Assembly: GCA_963666055.2 (NCBI GenBank)
Contig: CAXWPH010000003.1
Location: forward strand, 96,001-160,000
Length of the DNA: 64,000 nt
Direction of reading: 5' to 3'
DNA from: Acidobacteriota bacterium
GTDB taxonomy: Bacteria > Acidobacteriota > UBA890 > WLXD01
The position numbers and the translations under genes are program-made. Of the stretch, positions 23,173-36,224 are shown one piece after another (position 1 is the stretch's first letter; each line of letters starts with the position of its first letter). The notes under the pieces were generated by a model, which did no database searches, had not been told where the DNA came from, and was given only the letters and a program-made list of their open reading frames with translations.

Positions 23173-24554
23173 ATGGCTATGCAAAAGAGCCCGATGGTCG
23201 AGACCAGCTCGATCTCTGAGCCTGACGCCGCCGGACTCGAGACGCGGGACATGATGCTCAACATCGGCCCCGCCCACCCCGCCATGCACGGCATCATCCG
23301 CATCATCGCCAAGCTCGAGGGCGAGCAGATCGAGGCTGCCGACGTCGAAATCGGCTACCTGCACCGCGCTTTCGAGAAGATGTCGGAGACGGTCGACTAT
23401 AACGGCGTCGTTCCGTATACCGACCGGCTCAACTATGTCTCGCCGCTGATCAACAACATGGGCTATTGCATGGCGGTGGAAAAACTGCTCGGGATCTCGG
23501 TGCCGGAGCGCTGCCACTACGTGCGCGTCATCATGTCCGAGATCTCGAGGGTGTCGGACCACCTCACGTGTGTGGGTGCGACCGCCATGGAGTTGGGCGC
23601 GTTCACCGTCTTTCTTTACATGATCAAGGCGCGTGAGTATCTGTGGGAGCTCGTGGAGAAGGTCACCGGAGCGCGGCTGACCGTTACCTACTGTCGCGTC
23701 GGGGGAGTGAAGGCGGACCTGCCGGAAGGTTTCGCGGAAGCCTGCAGCGAGGCGTTCAAGGAGACCCGCAAGGTCCTGGAGGAGTCGAGCGCGCTCCTTA
23801 CCCGCAATCGGATCTTCGCGGACCGCATGAATGATACGGGCGCGATTTCGGCGGAAGACGCCATCTCTTTCGGGATCACCGGCCCGTTCCTGCGCGCTAC
23901 CGGCGCTACGTACGATGTCCGCAAGGACTGCCCGTACGCCGTCTACGACCAGATTCCCTTCGAAGTGCCGGTCGGGACTCGCGGCGACAACATGGATCGC
24001 TATCTGGTGCGCATGGAGGAGATGGAACAGTCCATGCGTATCGTGGAGACGGCACTAGAGCAGATACCGGGCGGTCCAGTGCTGGTCAATCCCGAGACCG
24101 GGCGCCCGATTCCGGCCGCGGAGATGGTGGACCTCGCCAAGGTGGGCAACATCGACGCGATCTCGGGCGGATGTGCCGTGGTCGGCCCAACCCTCGAGGG
24201 ATCGGGTCGTCTGTACCACCCCTCGATCGCCACGGACGAGAAGCGCGCGGTCTTTCCTGCCAAGGAAGACACCTACGGCAACATCGAAGGGCTGATGCGG
24301 CAGTTCAAGCTGGTCATGCATGGCCATGGGGTGCGCCCCCCCAACGGAGAGGCGTACTTTCCGGTGGAGGGCGCCAACGGAGAGCTGGGGTTTTACGTGG
24401 TGAGCGACGGCGCCGGTAATGCCTACCGGGTTCGGGTGCGGCCGCCTTGCTTTGCCATCATGTCGGCGCTCTCGATGCTGCTAGAGGGCGAGATGATCGC
24501 CGACATGGTTCCCACATTCGGCTCGGTCAACATGATCGGCGGGGAGCTCGATCG

Positions 24555-24558
<4 letters not shown>
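23173..24558 (+). CDS. nuoD: NADH-quinone oxidoreductase subunit D (with ~45-aa insert)
   Basis: GPAHPAMHG, GYLHRAFEK, DRLNY, EGANGELG, GELDR. Confidence 0.95.
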
Positions 24559-26349
<1,791 letters not shown>

Positions 26350-26357
<8 letters not shown>

Positions 26358-27954
26358 GCTCACCATCGACGACCGTGAGATCGAGGTCGCCGAGGGAACC
26401 ATGGTCATCCAGGCCGCGGAGCAGCTCGGGGTCTTGGTGCCGCGCTACTGCTACCACCCGGGCCTCTCGATCGCGGGCAACTGCCGTATCTGTCTGGTGG
26501 ATGTCGAAAACAACCCCAAGCTACAGATCGCATGCAACTTGCCCGCCACCGAGGGGATGGTCGTGCATACCAAGAACGACCGAGCAGAAGAGGGGCGACG
26601 CTCGGTTCTGGAGTTTCTGTTGGCCAACCATCCGCTCGATTGCCCAGTCTGCGATCAATCGGGCGAGTGCGACCTGCAGAACTTCTACATGGACTTCGGG
26701 CTCTACAGCCCGCGGTTCCATGAGCAGAAGGTCAAGAAGCAGAAGGCAGTGCAGCTCGGTCAGCATGTCATGCTCGACCAAGAGCGCTGCATCCTGTGCT
26801 CCCGATGCGTGCGTTTCACCGACGAGATCACCGAGACCGGAGAGTTTGGCATCTTCAACCGCGGCGACAGCTCGGAGCTGGGTATCTATCCCGGCTCCAC
26901 GCTCGACAACGCGTACTCGGCAAACGTCGTCGACATCTGCCCCGTGGGCGCTCTCACCGAGGCTGATTTTCGTTTCAAGGCCCGTGTCTGGTATCTCTCG
27001 AGCGCTCCCACTGTCTGCAACGGCTGCAGCCGCGGCTGCAACATCGACATGCATTTCGTCCTCGACCGGCCGCATTTGAACGACGGGGCCCGCATGGCAC
27101 GCGTCAAGCCGCGCTACAACGCCGGTGTCAACGAGTGGTGGCTGTGCGATGAAGGACGGTACGGCCTCGGCTGGCTGGATCATGAGCGTGCCGACGTGGT
27201 GCGCGGGCCAGCCGGTGACGCGACTTGGGAGGAGGCGCTGACAGCGATCTCGTTGCAGGTTGGCGAAGGAGCCCGCGTCGGTGTGATCGCCTCCACGCAG
27301 CTCACCAACGAGGAGCTCTTCCTGATCCGGGAGGTTTTCCAGGGGGCGCGAATTAGCGCCAACGTGCCCGAGCAGCCCGGTTCTTCGGACGACTTTCTCA
27401 TCATGGCCGACAAGAGCCCCAACATGCGTGGGGCGACCTTGCTCGGGCTCGCCGGCCCAGAGGCGTATGACGCCGGCCAGATTTTGGACGAGGCGCTGGC
27501 CGGGGATCTCGACGCGCTGTGGGTCTTCGGGCATGACCTGGTGGATCTGTTCGGTGAGGAGAAGGTTCGTGAGCTACCGCAGCGGGTGGGGTTGTTGGTG
27601 TTCTCCGGGACGAACGAGAACTCCACCGCGTCGCTGGCGCATTGGGCCCTGCCGACTGCCGGCTACGTGGAAAAGGATGGGACCTTCGTTAACTGCGATG
27701 GTCGCGTGCAGCGCGTCGGTCGGGTGATGCCACCCTACGGTCGGTCGCAGGAAGATTGGCGCATGCTCTTGAAGCTGGCCGAGATGCTTGGCCGACCGCT
27801 CGATTGGGCGAAGCCGGAGGAGATCTTCGAGGCGCTGGCAGCAGCGGAGGCACCCTTTGCAGCGTTGAGCTACGAGGCAATCGGAAAAGACGGAGCCGCC
27901 ATCACGCCGGCCACGCCCACGCCGGGGGCACCAGCAGAGGCAGTCGCACCGTGA
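26350..27954 (+). CDS. nuoG: NADH-quinone oxidoreductase subunit G (short form)
   Basis: CYHPGLSIAGNCRICLV, HPLDCPVCDQSGEC, CILCSRCVRF, CPVGAL, CNGCSRGC. Confidence 0.92.
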
Positions 27955-29045
27955 TCGAAGCACTCCTCATCAAGCTCGCGCTGGCCGGGCTCGTGCTCTT
28001 TGCGGTGGTCAACTTCGCGGGGTTGCACACCTGGGTGGAGCGGAAACAGTCGGCCCTGATCCAGGACCGGATTGGAGCTAACCGCGCCCCCATCTTCGGC
28101 TTTCGCGCGCTGGGCCTATTTCACGGCATCGCCGATGCAATCAAAATGTTCACCAAGGAGGACATTGTTCCAGCGGGCGCCAACAAGACGCTTCATGCGC
28201 TAGCGCCGTTTTTCTCGGTGTTCTTCGCGCTGGTGGCGTTCGCGGCGATCCCCTTCGGTGACCGGCTTGTATGGGGCGATCGGGTCATCGAGCTCCAGGT
28301 AGCCAATATCGACGCGGCGCTGCTCTACGTGTTCGCGATGCTGTCGATGGGGGTCTACGGGGTGATCCTTGCCGGCTTCGCCTCCCGCAACAACTATGCC
28401 ATCATGGGTGCATTGCGCGCCACCGCACAGTTGATCTCCTACGAGATCGCTCTGGGAGTGGCCATTCTTGGCGTGATCATGGTCTACGGAACCATGAATC
28501 TGTCTGAGCTGGTCCGCGCGCAGGGGCATATGATTGGTGGTTGGATTCCGCTCTGGGGCATCGTCGTCCAGCCGGTCGCCTTCTTCATCTTCGTGACCGC
28601 GGCGCTGGCGGAGACCAAGCGGCTGCCCTTTGACCTACCGGAAGGGGAGTCGGAGATCATCGGCTACTTCGTCGAGTACAGCGGCATGAAGTTCGGGATG
28701 TTCTTTCTCACGGATTTTCTCGAAACCATCATGGTGTCCTGCCTGGCTACGACGCTCTTCTTCGGTGGGTGGCAGGTGCCCTTCCTCACCCCCGAAGGAT
28801 TCCTGCTGCCGTGGGGCGCGGAGATTCCCGTATCGAACCTGGTCTATGTCCTGCTCGGCGTGGCGAGCTTCACGGTCAAGGTCATCGGCTTTTCCTGGCT
28901 GTTCATGCAAATACGCTGGACCTTGCCGCGCTTCCGATACGATCAGCTCATGTCGCTGGGCTGGAAGGGGCTATTCCCGGTGGCGGTGGTCAACGTCGTG
29001 GTGACGGCCCTGGTGCTGATGTTCTTCACCGAGGGGGGGCCGTGA
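27951..29045 (+). CDS. nuoH: NADH-quinone oxidoreductase subunit H
   Basis: ERKQSALIQDRIG, ADAIKMFTKE, RATAQLISYE, PFDLPEGESE, PRFRYDQLM. Confidence 0.95.
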   Translation: MIEALLIKLALAGLVLFAVVNFAGLHTWVERKQSALIQDRIGANRAPIFGFRALGLFHGIADAIKMFTKEDIVPAGANKTLHALAPFFSVFFALVAFAAIPFGDRLVWGDRVIELQVANIDAALLYVFAMLSMGVYGVILAGFASRNNYAIMGALRATAQLISYEIALGVAILGVIMVYGTMNLSELVRAQGHMIGGWIPLWGIVVQPVAFFIFVTAALAETKRLPFDLPEGESEIIGYFVEYSGMKFGMFFLTDFLETIMVSCLATTLFFGGWQVPFLTPEGFLLPWGAEIPVSNLVYVLLGVASFTVKVIGFSWLFMQIRWTLPRFRYDQLMSLGWKGLFPVAVVNVVVTALVLMFFTEGGP

Positions 29046-29653
29046 CCGTAAGAGTCGTCCGAAGGAGCGAGCTGACGTTCTGGGAGAATCTCTACATTCC
29101 ACAGATCATCTCCGGCCTGAGGATCACCTCGAGGCACTTCTTCCGGAATCTCTTTCTGCACGCTGCGCACATGGTCGGTCGTCTGACGCACATTCGCGCC
29201 GCCGTCACGTATCAGTATCCCGAGGAGCTGCGGCCCCTCATGTCGAGGTTTCGCAGCCGCCACCGGCTCACCCTGCGCGACGACGGCTCCCCGCGGTGCG
29301 TGGGATGCATGCTGTGCGAGACTGTTTGCCCGGCCAAGTGCATCACCATCGTGCCCGGCGAGCATCCCGATCCGCATGTCGAGAAATACCCGGTGCAGTT
29401 CGATATCGATCTGGGCGTTTGCGTCTATTGCGGCTATTGTGTCGAGGTTTGCCCGGAAGACGCGATTCGGATGGATACCGGGATCCTGGATCTCGCGGCG
29501 TACTCACGGGAGGCGATGCGGCTCGACATCCACGAGCTGATGGACCCCAAGCTGCGCAAGCCGATCGGCGACTGCAGCCTGGAGTTCCCCCATAAGTGCG
29601 AGCTCACCGGCGGCGAGATGAAGGGCAGCTGGGAACCCGCCGACGCATCATAA
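29042..29653 (+). CDS. nuoI: NADH-quinone oxidoreductase subunit I
   Basis: TYQYPEE, CVGCMLCETVCP, CVYCGYCVEVCP. Confidence 0.95.
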   Translation: MTVRVVRRSELTFWENLYIPQIISGLRITSRHFFRNLFLHAAHMVGRLTHIRAAVTYQYPEELRPLMSRFRSRHRLTLRDDGSPRCVGCMLCETVCPAKCITIVPGEHPDPHVEKYPVQFDIDLGVCVYCGYCVEVCPEDAIRMDTGILDLAAYSREAMRLDIHELMDPKLRKPIGDCSLEFPHKCELTGGEMKGSWEPADAS

Positions 29654-29696
29654 ACGACCGATTGAGCACCTTCCGCCGCGGTCGACCAGTGGAGCG

Positions 29697-30767
29697 TTGC
29701 AGCGCGGAGGACCCGTGTTGCAGTTAGGTCGCTGCGTCATCGGCGTCGCCGCGTTGATCGCAGTCGTGCCGCTCCTTGGGGCCGGCTGCGCGGTCGCCCC
29801 GTCGCGGCGAGTCGGCGTGCTGCTTACGGGGCCCACGATGGGTACCCGCTACAACGTTCGTGTAGACGACGCGCACGCGCCCGCCGCAGAGGCGACTATC
29901 GCCGCTCTCATCACGGCGACGCTGGATCGGATCGATCGCAAGATGTCGACGTTTCGGTCGGACTCCGAGATCTCCGAGCTCAACCAGGCGCCGGCAAACC
30001 AACCAGTGCGGCTCTCGATGGAAACCGTTGGCGTGCTTTCGGCTGCCATCGATCTGGCGGCTGACACCGGCGGCGCGTTCGATGTCACCGCTGGACCATT
30101 GGTCAACGCCTGGGGGTTCGGGCCGTCGGGTGACGCCAACGGGCCGCCGTCGGAGCGTGAGCTTGCCGACGCCCTGCGTCACGTGGGGTCGGACAAGATC
30201 ACATTGGACACCGTAGCCGGTACGGCGACCAAGCTCGACGCCGACGTATACATCGACCTTTCGGGAATCGCCAAGGGCTACGCAGTCGACGCGGTCGACG
30301 CGGCGCTGGCGGCGGCAGGCTGGGAGCGCACCATGGTCGACGTCGGCGGCGAAGTGCGGACGCGCGGGCTCACCGCCTTCGGTCGCCGTTGGCGCGTCGC
30401 GATCGAGCAGCCCGACGGCGGTGTCCCAGCGTCTCCGCTGCTCGTGTCGCTCGTTGACGGCGCGCTGGCGACATCGGGCAACTACCGCAACGCTTACTTT
30501 CGCGGCGACACCTTGGTAGGCCATACGATCGATCCGCGAACCGGTCGCCCCATCGAGCACAACGGAGTCTCGGTTTCGGTCATGGCGGCCGATTGCATGA
30601 CAGCGGACGCTCTGGCAACCGCGCTGATGGTGATGGGCCCCGAAGAGGGGCTTGCCTGGGCGACTGATCGCGACGTCGCTGCCGTGTTCATGGCGCGCGA
30701 TAACGACACCCTCGTGCGGCGTGCGACCCCGGCGTACGAGCGCCAGGTAGGAGCGCGGTTACAATGA
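29697..30767 (+). CDS. apbE: FAD:protein FMN transferase lipoprotein
   Basis: Lipobox GAGC, TMGT, DLSGIAKGY, VGGE, ATSGNY, ADALATA. Exact start uncertain. Confidence 0.9.
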   Translation: MQRGGPVLQLGRCVIGVAALIAVVPLLGAGCAVAPSRRVGVLLTGPTMGTRYNVRVDDAHAPAAEATIAALITATLDRIDRKMSTFRSDSEISELNQAPANQPVRLSMETVGVLSAAIDLAADTGGAFDVTAGPLVNAWGFGPSGDANGPPSERELADALRHVGSDKITLDTVAGTATKLDADVYIDLSGIAKGYAVDAVDAALAAAGWERTMVDVGGEVRTRGLTAFGRRWRVAIEQPDGGVPASPLLVSLVDGALATSGNYRNAYFRGDTLVGHTIDPRTGRPIEHNGVSVSVMAADCMTADALATALMVMGPEEGLAWATDRDVAAVFMARDNDTLVRRATPAYERQVGARLQ

Positions 30768-31129
30768 AGAAACCGGCTCGCCGGAGCGGCGGTCTGGTGT
30801 ACTCGACGGCTCACGGACAGATGTGTCCGCGCTGCGGTCAGCCGACGATTCGGTGTGCGTGCCGCAGATCCGCAGCGACCCCGGAGGGGGACGGCGTGGT
30901 CCGCGTGATTCGGCAGACCAAGGGGCGTCGCGGCAAGGCCGCTACGCTGGTTACCGGTGTGCCGCTAGCCGGGCCGGAGCTGGCCAATCTCGGCAAGGAG
31001 CTGAAGCGTAAGTGTGGATCCGGCGGTACCGTGAAAGGCGGGACGATCGAGATTCAGGGGGACCATCGAGACTCGTTGGTTGCGGAGCTCGAGCGGCGTG
31101 GTTGGATGGTCAAGCGGGCCGGGGGATAG
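30764..31129 (+). CDS. yciH: SUI1/YciH translation initiation factor family
   Basis: GLVYST, CxxC, KGRRGK, LKRKCGSGG, IEIQGDH. Confidence 0.9.
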   Translation: MKKPARRSGGLVYSTAHGQMCPRCGQPTIRCACRRSAATPEGDGVVRVIRQTKGRRGKAATLVTGVPLAGPELANLGKELKRKCGSGGTVKGGTIEIQGDHRDSLVAELERRGWMVKRAGG

Positions 31130-31133
31130 CCCA

Positions 31134-32987
31134 GTGACCGAAGCTACGGGCCGCCGCCAGGGGCACGACGCCATCGCGGTGGTCGACTTCGGCGGCCAGT
31201 ACGCTCACCTGATTGCCACCAAGGTGCGCCGTCAGGGGGTGCTGGCAGAGATTCGCCAACCCGACGATCCGGTCGAGATGTTCGCACCCTACCGCGGCGT
31301 CATCATCTCCGGCAGCCCTAGTCTGGCCTCGCGCGGCGAGGACTCCGTCTATACGAAGTCGATCTACGATCTCGACGTGCCTATTCTGGGGCTGTGCTTC
31401 GGACACCAGGAGATCGCCCAGCACTACGGCGGCAACGTTGTTCACGGCGGGCGCCAGTGGGGCCGGGCCGAGCTTCATTTGACCGGCGAGCATCCGATCT
31501 TTGCCGGGCTCGATGCGGTCGAGTCGGTGTGGATGAGTCACTACGACTCGGTGACCTCACTCGGGCCTGAGTTCACCGAGCTGGCGTATAGCAAGACGCT
31601 CGACTTAGCTCCCGACCACCGTTTTGCGGCGATCGGCTCCGACGCGCTGCGGCGGTACGGATTCCAGTTTCACCCCGAAGTTGACGACACCGTCCACGGT
31701 GATCGCATGCTGTCGAACTTCGTGGTCAATATCTGCGGCTGCGCGGCATCGTGGACGATGGACGGCTACCTCGACGAGCAGCTTGGTCGTATTCGCGCCC
31801 AGGTGGGTGAGCGGTCGGTGTTTCTGCTCGCCTCCGGTGGCGTCGATTCCACCGTTGCCGCGGTGCTGTTGGGCCGCGCGCTGGGTGCGGAGCGCCTGCA
31901 CCTGCTACACATCGACAACGGGCTCATGCGGCTCGACGAGAGCCGTGAAGTCCGGCAGCTCTTCGGCGAGCTGGGAATCGACGGCAACCTCAACTTCGTC
32001 GATGCGAGCGACGTCTTCCTGAACGCGCTCGCCGGCATTGTCGAGCCCGAACACAAGCGGCGCGTCATTGGCGACACCTTCATCCAGGTCTTCAACGCCG
32101 AGGCGGAGCGCCTTGCCGTCGGCGAGCTGATGCTGGGCCAGGGAACGATCTACCCGGACACGATCGAGACCGGTGGCAGCAAGCGCGCCGATACGATCAA
32201 GACGCACCACAACCGCGTACCGATCATCGAGCAGATGATCGCCGAGGGTCGGGTAATCGAGCCACTCGTGGAGTTGTACAAAGCCGAGGTGCGCGAGCTC
32301 GGTGAGCGTCTAGGAGTGCCGCACCATCTGCTCTGGCGCCACCCGTTCCCGGGACCGGGGCTCGGCGTTCGACTGCTCTGCAGCGATGGCCTCGGCGACG
32401 GTTCGGGGCTGGCGACGCAAGCGGGTCCGCTGCGCGAGATCGGCGATCGCTTCGGCCTCCACACCCTGGCATTGCCGATACGTTCGGTCGGCGTAAAGGC
32501 GGATCTGCGTGCCTACGAGCAGCCCGTGATGTTGAGCGGCGCCGCGTCGTGGGAGGACTTGGTTGCAGCGACATCGGCGATCTCTGCTGAAGTCAAGGGC
32601 GTCAATCGTTGCGTCTGGAATCTCGGACCGGCCGCTCCGCTGGGGGCGCGATTGCTAGCCGCCACCGTGACGCGTGAGCGGCTCGAAACGCTACGCCGAG
32701 CCGACCATCTGGTGATGGAGGCCTTGCGGCGCCACCACCTGTACGACAGCGTATGGCAATGTCCGACAGTGCTCGTTCCGCTTCAGCTGGACTATGGAGA
32801 CGAGCGCACAGGCGAGCTTGTCGTCGTGCGGCCGGTGCACTCGCAGCGCGCCATGACGGCGCGGCCCGTGGAGCTCGGCGCCGCCGTCCTCGATGATCTC
32901 CGCCGTGACGTGTTGGCCATTCCCGGTGTATCCGGCCTGGCGCTCGACACGACGTCGAAGCCGCCTGGCACGATCGAGTGGGAGTAA
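31134..32987 (+). CDS. guaA: Glutamine-hydrolysing GMP synthase, long C-terminal form
   Basis: DFGGQY, GLCFGHQ, QFHPEV, SGGVDS, IKTHHN, HPFPGPGLG, SKPPGTIEWE. Confidence 0.93.
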   Translation: MTEATGRRQGHDAIAVVDFGGQYAHLIATKVRRQGVLAEIRQPDDPVEMFAPYRGVIISGSPSLASRGEDSVYTKSIYDLDVPILGLCFGHQEIAQHYGGNVVHGGRQWGRAELHLTGEHPIFAGLDAVESVWMSHYDSVTSLGPEFTELAYSKTLDLAPDHRFAAIGSDALRRYGFQFHPEVDDTVHGDRMLSNFVVNICGCAASWTMDGYLDEQLGRIRAQVGERSVFLLASGGVDSTVAAVLLGRALGAERLHLLHIDNGLMRLDESREVRQLFGELGIDGNLNFVDASDVFLNALAGIVEPEHKRRVIGDTFIQVFNAEAERLAVGELMLGQGTIYPDTIETGGSKRADTIKTHHNRVPIIEQMIAEGRVIEPLVELYKAEVRELGERLGVPHHLLWRHPFPGPGLGVRLLCSDGLGDGSGLATQAGPLREIGDRFGLHTLALPIRSVGVKADLRAYEQPVMLSGAASWEDLVAATSAISAEVKGVNRCVWNLGPAAPLGARLLAATVTRERLETLRRADHLVMEALRRHHLYDSVWQCPTVLVPLQLDYGDERTGELVVVRPVHSQRAMTARPVELGAAVLDDLRRDVLAIPGVSGLALDTTSKPPGTIEWE

Positions 32988-33010
32988 AGCCTGTGCCGAG
33001 CAGGTCGGCG

Positions 33011-33178
33011 CTAGTCGCGCTCTTTCAGTAGACCCTTGTAGACGAGCGCCGCAAGCACGCCGCCAACCGGCGGGGCCACCATATACAGCCACAGATCCGC
33101 CGTCTGGCCGCTGAGGATCGCAGGGCCGAGGGAGCGTGCCGGGTTCAGCGACGCGCCGGTCAGTGGGCCGCCCATCAT
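33011..33178 (-). pseudogene. C-terminal fragment of an aquaporin/MIP channel
   Basis: [20 protein letters not shown]...[18 protein letters not shown] gives the second NPA plus the last helix. Upstream sequence is unrelated. Confidence 0.8.
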
Positions 33179-33250
33179 CCGGGAGGGCTGCCATTCTGTA
33201 TGCTGGATCCCACGACCGATCGAATCGACTGGAATCATGGGAGCACCTCG

Positions 33251-35476
33251 ATGCGCCGAATTCTGTCCCGTACTTGTCTTGTCAGCCTCGTAGTGATCGC
33301 CTCGGGCAGCGTGGCAACCTCGCAGCTGCGTGCCGCTCCGGCACAGAGCGGCCGGATCACGCTCGAGTCGCTGTATAGCCCCGACTCGAGCGAGCGGGTG
33401 AGCTACTCGGGCTCGCTGCCTGCGCTCACCTGGGTCGACGACACGAGCTATGTCGAGCGCGGCGAAAGCGGTGAATGGAGGAAGGTCGCCGCCGCTACCG
33501 GGGCGGCCACCGCGGCTGTGGACATGGATGCCATGCGCGCCTCTCTCGCCGACCTGGCGGGGCTGACCGACGAGGACGTGGCCACGCTGACCGAGCGTGC
33601 TGCCCCCGACATCGCACGTGGACGAGACGCCGTCTTGCTGAACCACGCCAACGATCTGTTCGTGGTGTTTGCCAGCGGCGCTGCCAAGAGGTTGACGTTC
33701 AACGCCGAGCCGGAAGTGGGCGAGGAGCTCTCGCCCGACGGTCGGTTCGTGTCGTTCGTCCGCGACTACAACCTTCACCTTATCGAGGTGGGCTCCGGCC
33801 GCGAGCGGGCGCTGACTACCGACGGGTCCGATGAGCTGTTTTACGGGCGTCTCGATTGGGTCTATCAGGAGGAAATCTACGGTCGTGGGAACTTCAAGGG
33901 GTACTGGTGGAGCCCCGACTCGAGCGCCCTCGCTTTCCTCAAGCTCGATGAGTCGCCGGTAAGCGAGTTCACCGTCGTCGACCATATTCCCTCGACGCTC
34001 AATACCGAGATCACCAACTATCCGAAGGCCGGAGATCCGAACCCTAAAGTGTGGCTCGGCGTAGTCAAGGCGGTTGGTGGCGAGGCCACGTGGATCGATA
34101 CCAAGAAGTACGAGCCCATCGAGCACCTGATTGTCGGCGTTGGCTGGCATCCGAGTGGCGACCGTGTCGTGTATCAGGTCCAGGATCGTGAGCAGACCTG
34201 GCTCGATCTCAATACCGCCGATCCGGCTACCGGCGCCAGTACGACGCTGATCCGCGAGACCACCGAGGCGTTCGTTCAGGAGATGGGCGGACCGAGTTGG
34301 CTCCCGGACGGCAGCTTCCTTTGGTTCTCCGAGCGCACCGGCTTCAAGCACCTATATCACTATGCGTTTGACGGCTTCGACATCCCGGTCCTCAGACACC
34401 AGGTGACCGAGGGCGAGTGGGAGGCGCGGACGCTCCACGGGGTCGATGCTCAGGGCTGGGTGTACTTTTCGGGTACCCGGTACAGCCCCATTGCCAACCA
34501 CGTGTATCGGGTCCGTGTCGACGGCTCAGAGCTCGAGCGCCTGTCGTCTGTCGAGGGCGACCACGCGGCGCGCTTCAACCCCGGGCTCACCCACTATCTG
34601 GACACCTGGAGCGACGCCACCACGCCACCGCAGATTCGGCTCCACACCGACACGGGCTCCGAGGTGCGGGTCATCGCCGAGAATCGAGTGGCGGTGCTGG
34701 AAGATATCGATCTCGGTACCGTGGAGTTCCTCCAGGTGCCAACGCGCGACGGCTTCCTGATGGAGGCGATGGTCATCAAGCCGCCCGATTTCGATCCCGG
34801 CAAGCGCTACCCAGTGCTGCAATATAACTACGGGGGGCCCCATTCCCCCGTGGTTCGCAACCGCTGGGGTGGAACGCGCTACATGTGGCACCAGATGCTT
34901 GCGCAGCGCGGCTACATTATCTGGATGTGCGACAACCGCTCGGCCTCCGGCAAGGGCATCAAGCCCACCTGGTATGCCTACCAACAGTTGGGTGTGGTGG
35001 AGCTGCGCGATATCGAGGATGGCCTCGACTGGCTCAAACAGCAGTCGTGGGTCGACGGCGACCGTCTCGGAATCTGGGGTTGGAGCTACGGGGGCTTCAT
35101 GGCTTCTTTTGCGCTTACCCACTCGAAGTCGTTCAAGGCAGCGATCGCCGGAGCGCCAGTGACCGACTGGCGCCTGTACGACACCATCTACACCGAGCGC
35201 TACATGCGCATGCCGCAGAATAATCCCGAGGGTTATGATTCCACCTCGGTGGTGAAGGCGGCGGGCAACCTGCATGGCAAGCTGCTCATCCTGCATGGGA
35301 CCATGGACGACAACGTGCACTTCCAGAACTCTGTGCAGCTGGTCTACGAGCTACAGAAGGCGGGTAAGGACTTCGAGTTCATGATGTACCCGCGCTCGCG
35401 CCATGGCGTGCGGCAACGCGAGCTCGTCTGGCACCTGCAGCGGACGATGACCGACTTCGTGCTGGAGAACCTCTAG
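33251..35476 (+). CDS. S9B dipeptidyl-peptidase IV-like serine peptidase, exported
   Basis: Signal peptide, DWVYQEE, GWSYGG, DDNVH, C-terminal catalytic His (SRHG). Confidence 0.92.
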   Translation: MRRILSRTCLVSLVVIASGSVATSQLRAAPAQSGRITLESLYSPDSSERVSYSGSLPALTWVDDTSYVERGESGEWRKVAAATGAATAAVDMDAMRASLADLAGLTDEDVATLTERAAPDIARGRDAVLLNHANDLFVVFASGAAKRLTFNAEPEVGEELSPDGRFVSFVRDYNLHLIEVGSGRERALTTDGSDELFYGRLDWVYQEEIYGRGNFKGYWWSPDSSALAFLKLDESPVSEFTVVDHIPSTLNTEITNYPKAGDPNPKVWLGVVKAVGGEATWIDTKKYEPIEHLIVGVGWHPSGDRVVYQVQDREQTWLDLNTADPATGASTTLIRETTEAFVQEMGGPSWLPDGSFLWFSERTGFKHLYHYAFDGFDIPVLRHQVTEGEWEARTLHGVDAQGWVYFSGTRYSPIANHVYRVRVDGSELERLSSVEGDHAARFNPGLTHYLDTWSDATTPPQIRLHTDTGSEVRVIAENRVAVLEDIDLGTVEFLQVPTRDGFLMEAMVIKPPDFDPGKRYPVLQYNYGGPHSPVVRNRWGGTRYMWHQMLAQRGYIIWMCDNRSASGKGIKPTWYAYQQLGVVELRDIEDGLDWLKQQSWVDGDRLGIWGWSYGGFMASFALTHSKSFKAAIAGAPVTDWRLYDTIYTERYMRMPQNNPEGYDSTSVVKAAGNLHGKLLILHGTMDDNVHFQNSVQLVYELQKAGKDFEFMMYPRSRHGVRQRELVWHLQRTMTDFVLENL

Positions 35477-35538
35477 CGAGCCCACCGGAGTCCAATACGG
35501 TTGTCCGACCACCCCCTTGTAGACGACGCGGACGGAAC

Positions 35539-36224
35539 ATGGCACGAACCTATTTCAGCTCTAGTACCTTCAAGTTTCTGCGTGACCTGAACCGCAACAA
35601 CGACCGAGATTGGTTCAAGGCCCGCCAGGATCGTTACGAGCGCACTGTGCGTGAGCCAGCGCTCGATTTCATCGCCGACTTCGAAGCGCCGCTTCACAAG
35701 ATCAGCCCCCACTTCGTCGCCCTCGCGAAGAAGTCGGGTGGCTCGCTGTTTCGTATTCACCGCGATGTCCGGTTCTCGAGAGACAAGAGCCCCTACAAGC
35801 CCTACACCGGGGTGCAGTTCCGTCACGAACAGGGTAAGGATGCTCACTGCCCGGGGTACTACCTTCACCTCCAGCCCAAGAGCGTGTTCGTCGCAGCCGG
35901 GATCTGGCGGCCCGATGGGCCGACGCTTCAGAAGATCCGCGAGCTCATCGCTGCCGATCCCGCCGGCTGGAAGAAGGCGGTCGGGGGCAAGCCCTTCAAA
36001 GATGCTTCGTGCTGGAGGGCGACTCCTTGAAGCGGCCGCCGAGGGGCTTTGACGCCGACCACCCTTCGATTGCGGATCTGAAGCGCAAGGACTTCTTTGC
36101 CGTGGCGCGGGTCAGCGAGCAGTACGTAACCGGCGACAGCCTCATGAAGGACATCAGTGCCTTATGGCGGAAGGCGACGCCGCTGATGCGGTTTCTCTGC
36201 GACGCGATCGACGTACCGTTCTAG
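35539..36224 (+). pseudogene. DUF2461/TIGR02453 family protein with a -1 frameshift at ~36006
   Basis: NNDRDWF...FRIHRDVRFSRDKSPYK...GYYLHL continues as VLEGDSLKRPPRGFDADHP...DLKRKDF in ORF 36009. Confidence 0.8.

Noticed and set aside
24151-24177. IDAISGGC in the NuoD insert as an ApbE flavinylation motif (DxxSGAT)
   Set aside because: The acceptor Thr/Ser is missing, and NuoD is cytoplasmic whereas ApbE is a lipoprotein.
33179-34351. 446-aa minus-strand ORF 33011..34351 as a full gene
   Set aside because: Only the last ~55 aa are aquaporin-like. The rest is the antisense shadow of the DPP-IV gene.
35990-36030. Programmed ribosomal frameshifting in the DUF2461, ppx or ppk genes
   Set aside because: No slippery heptamer or stimulatory structure is evident. 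Single-base indels (error or decay) are the simpler explanation.
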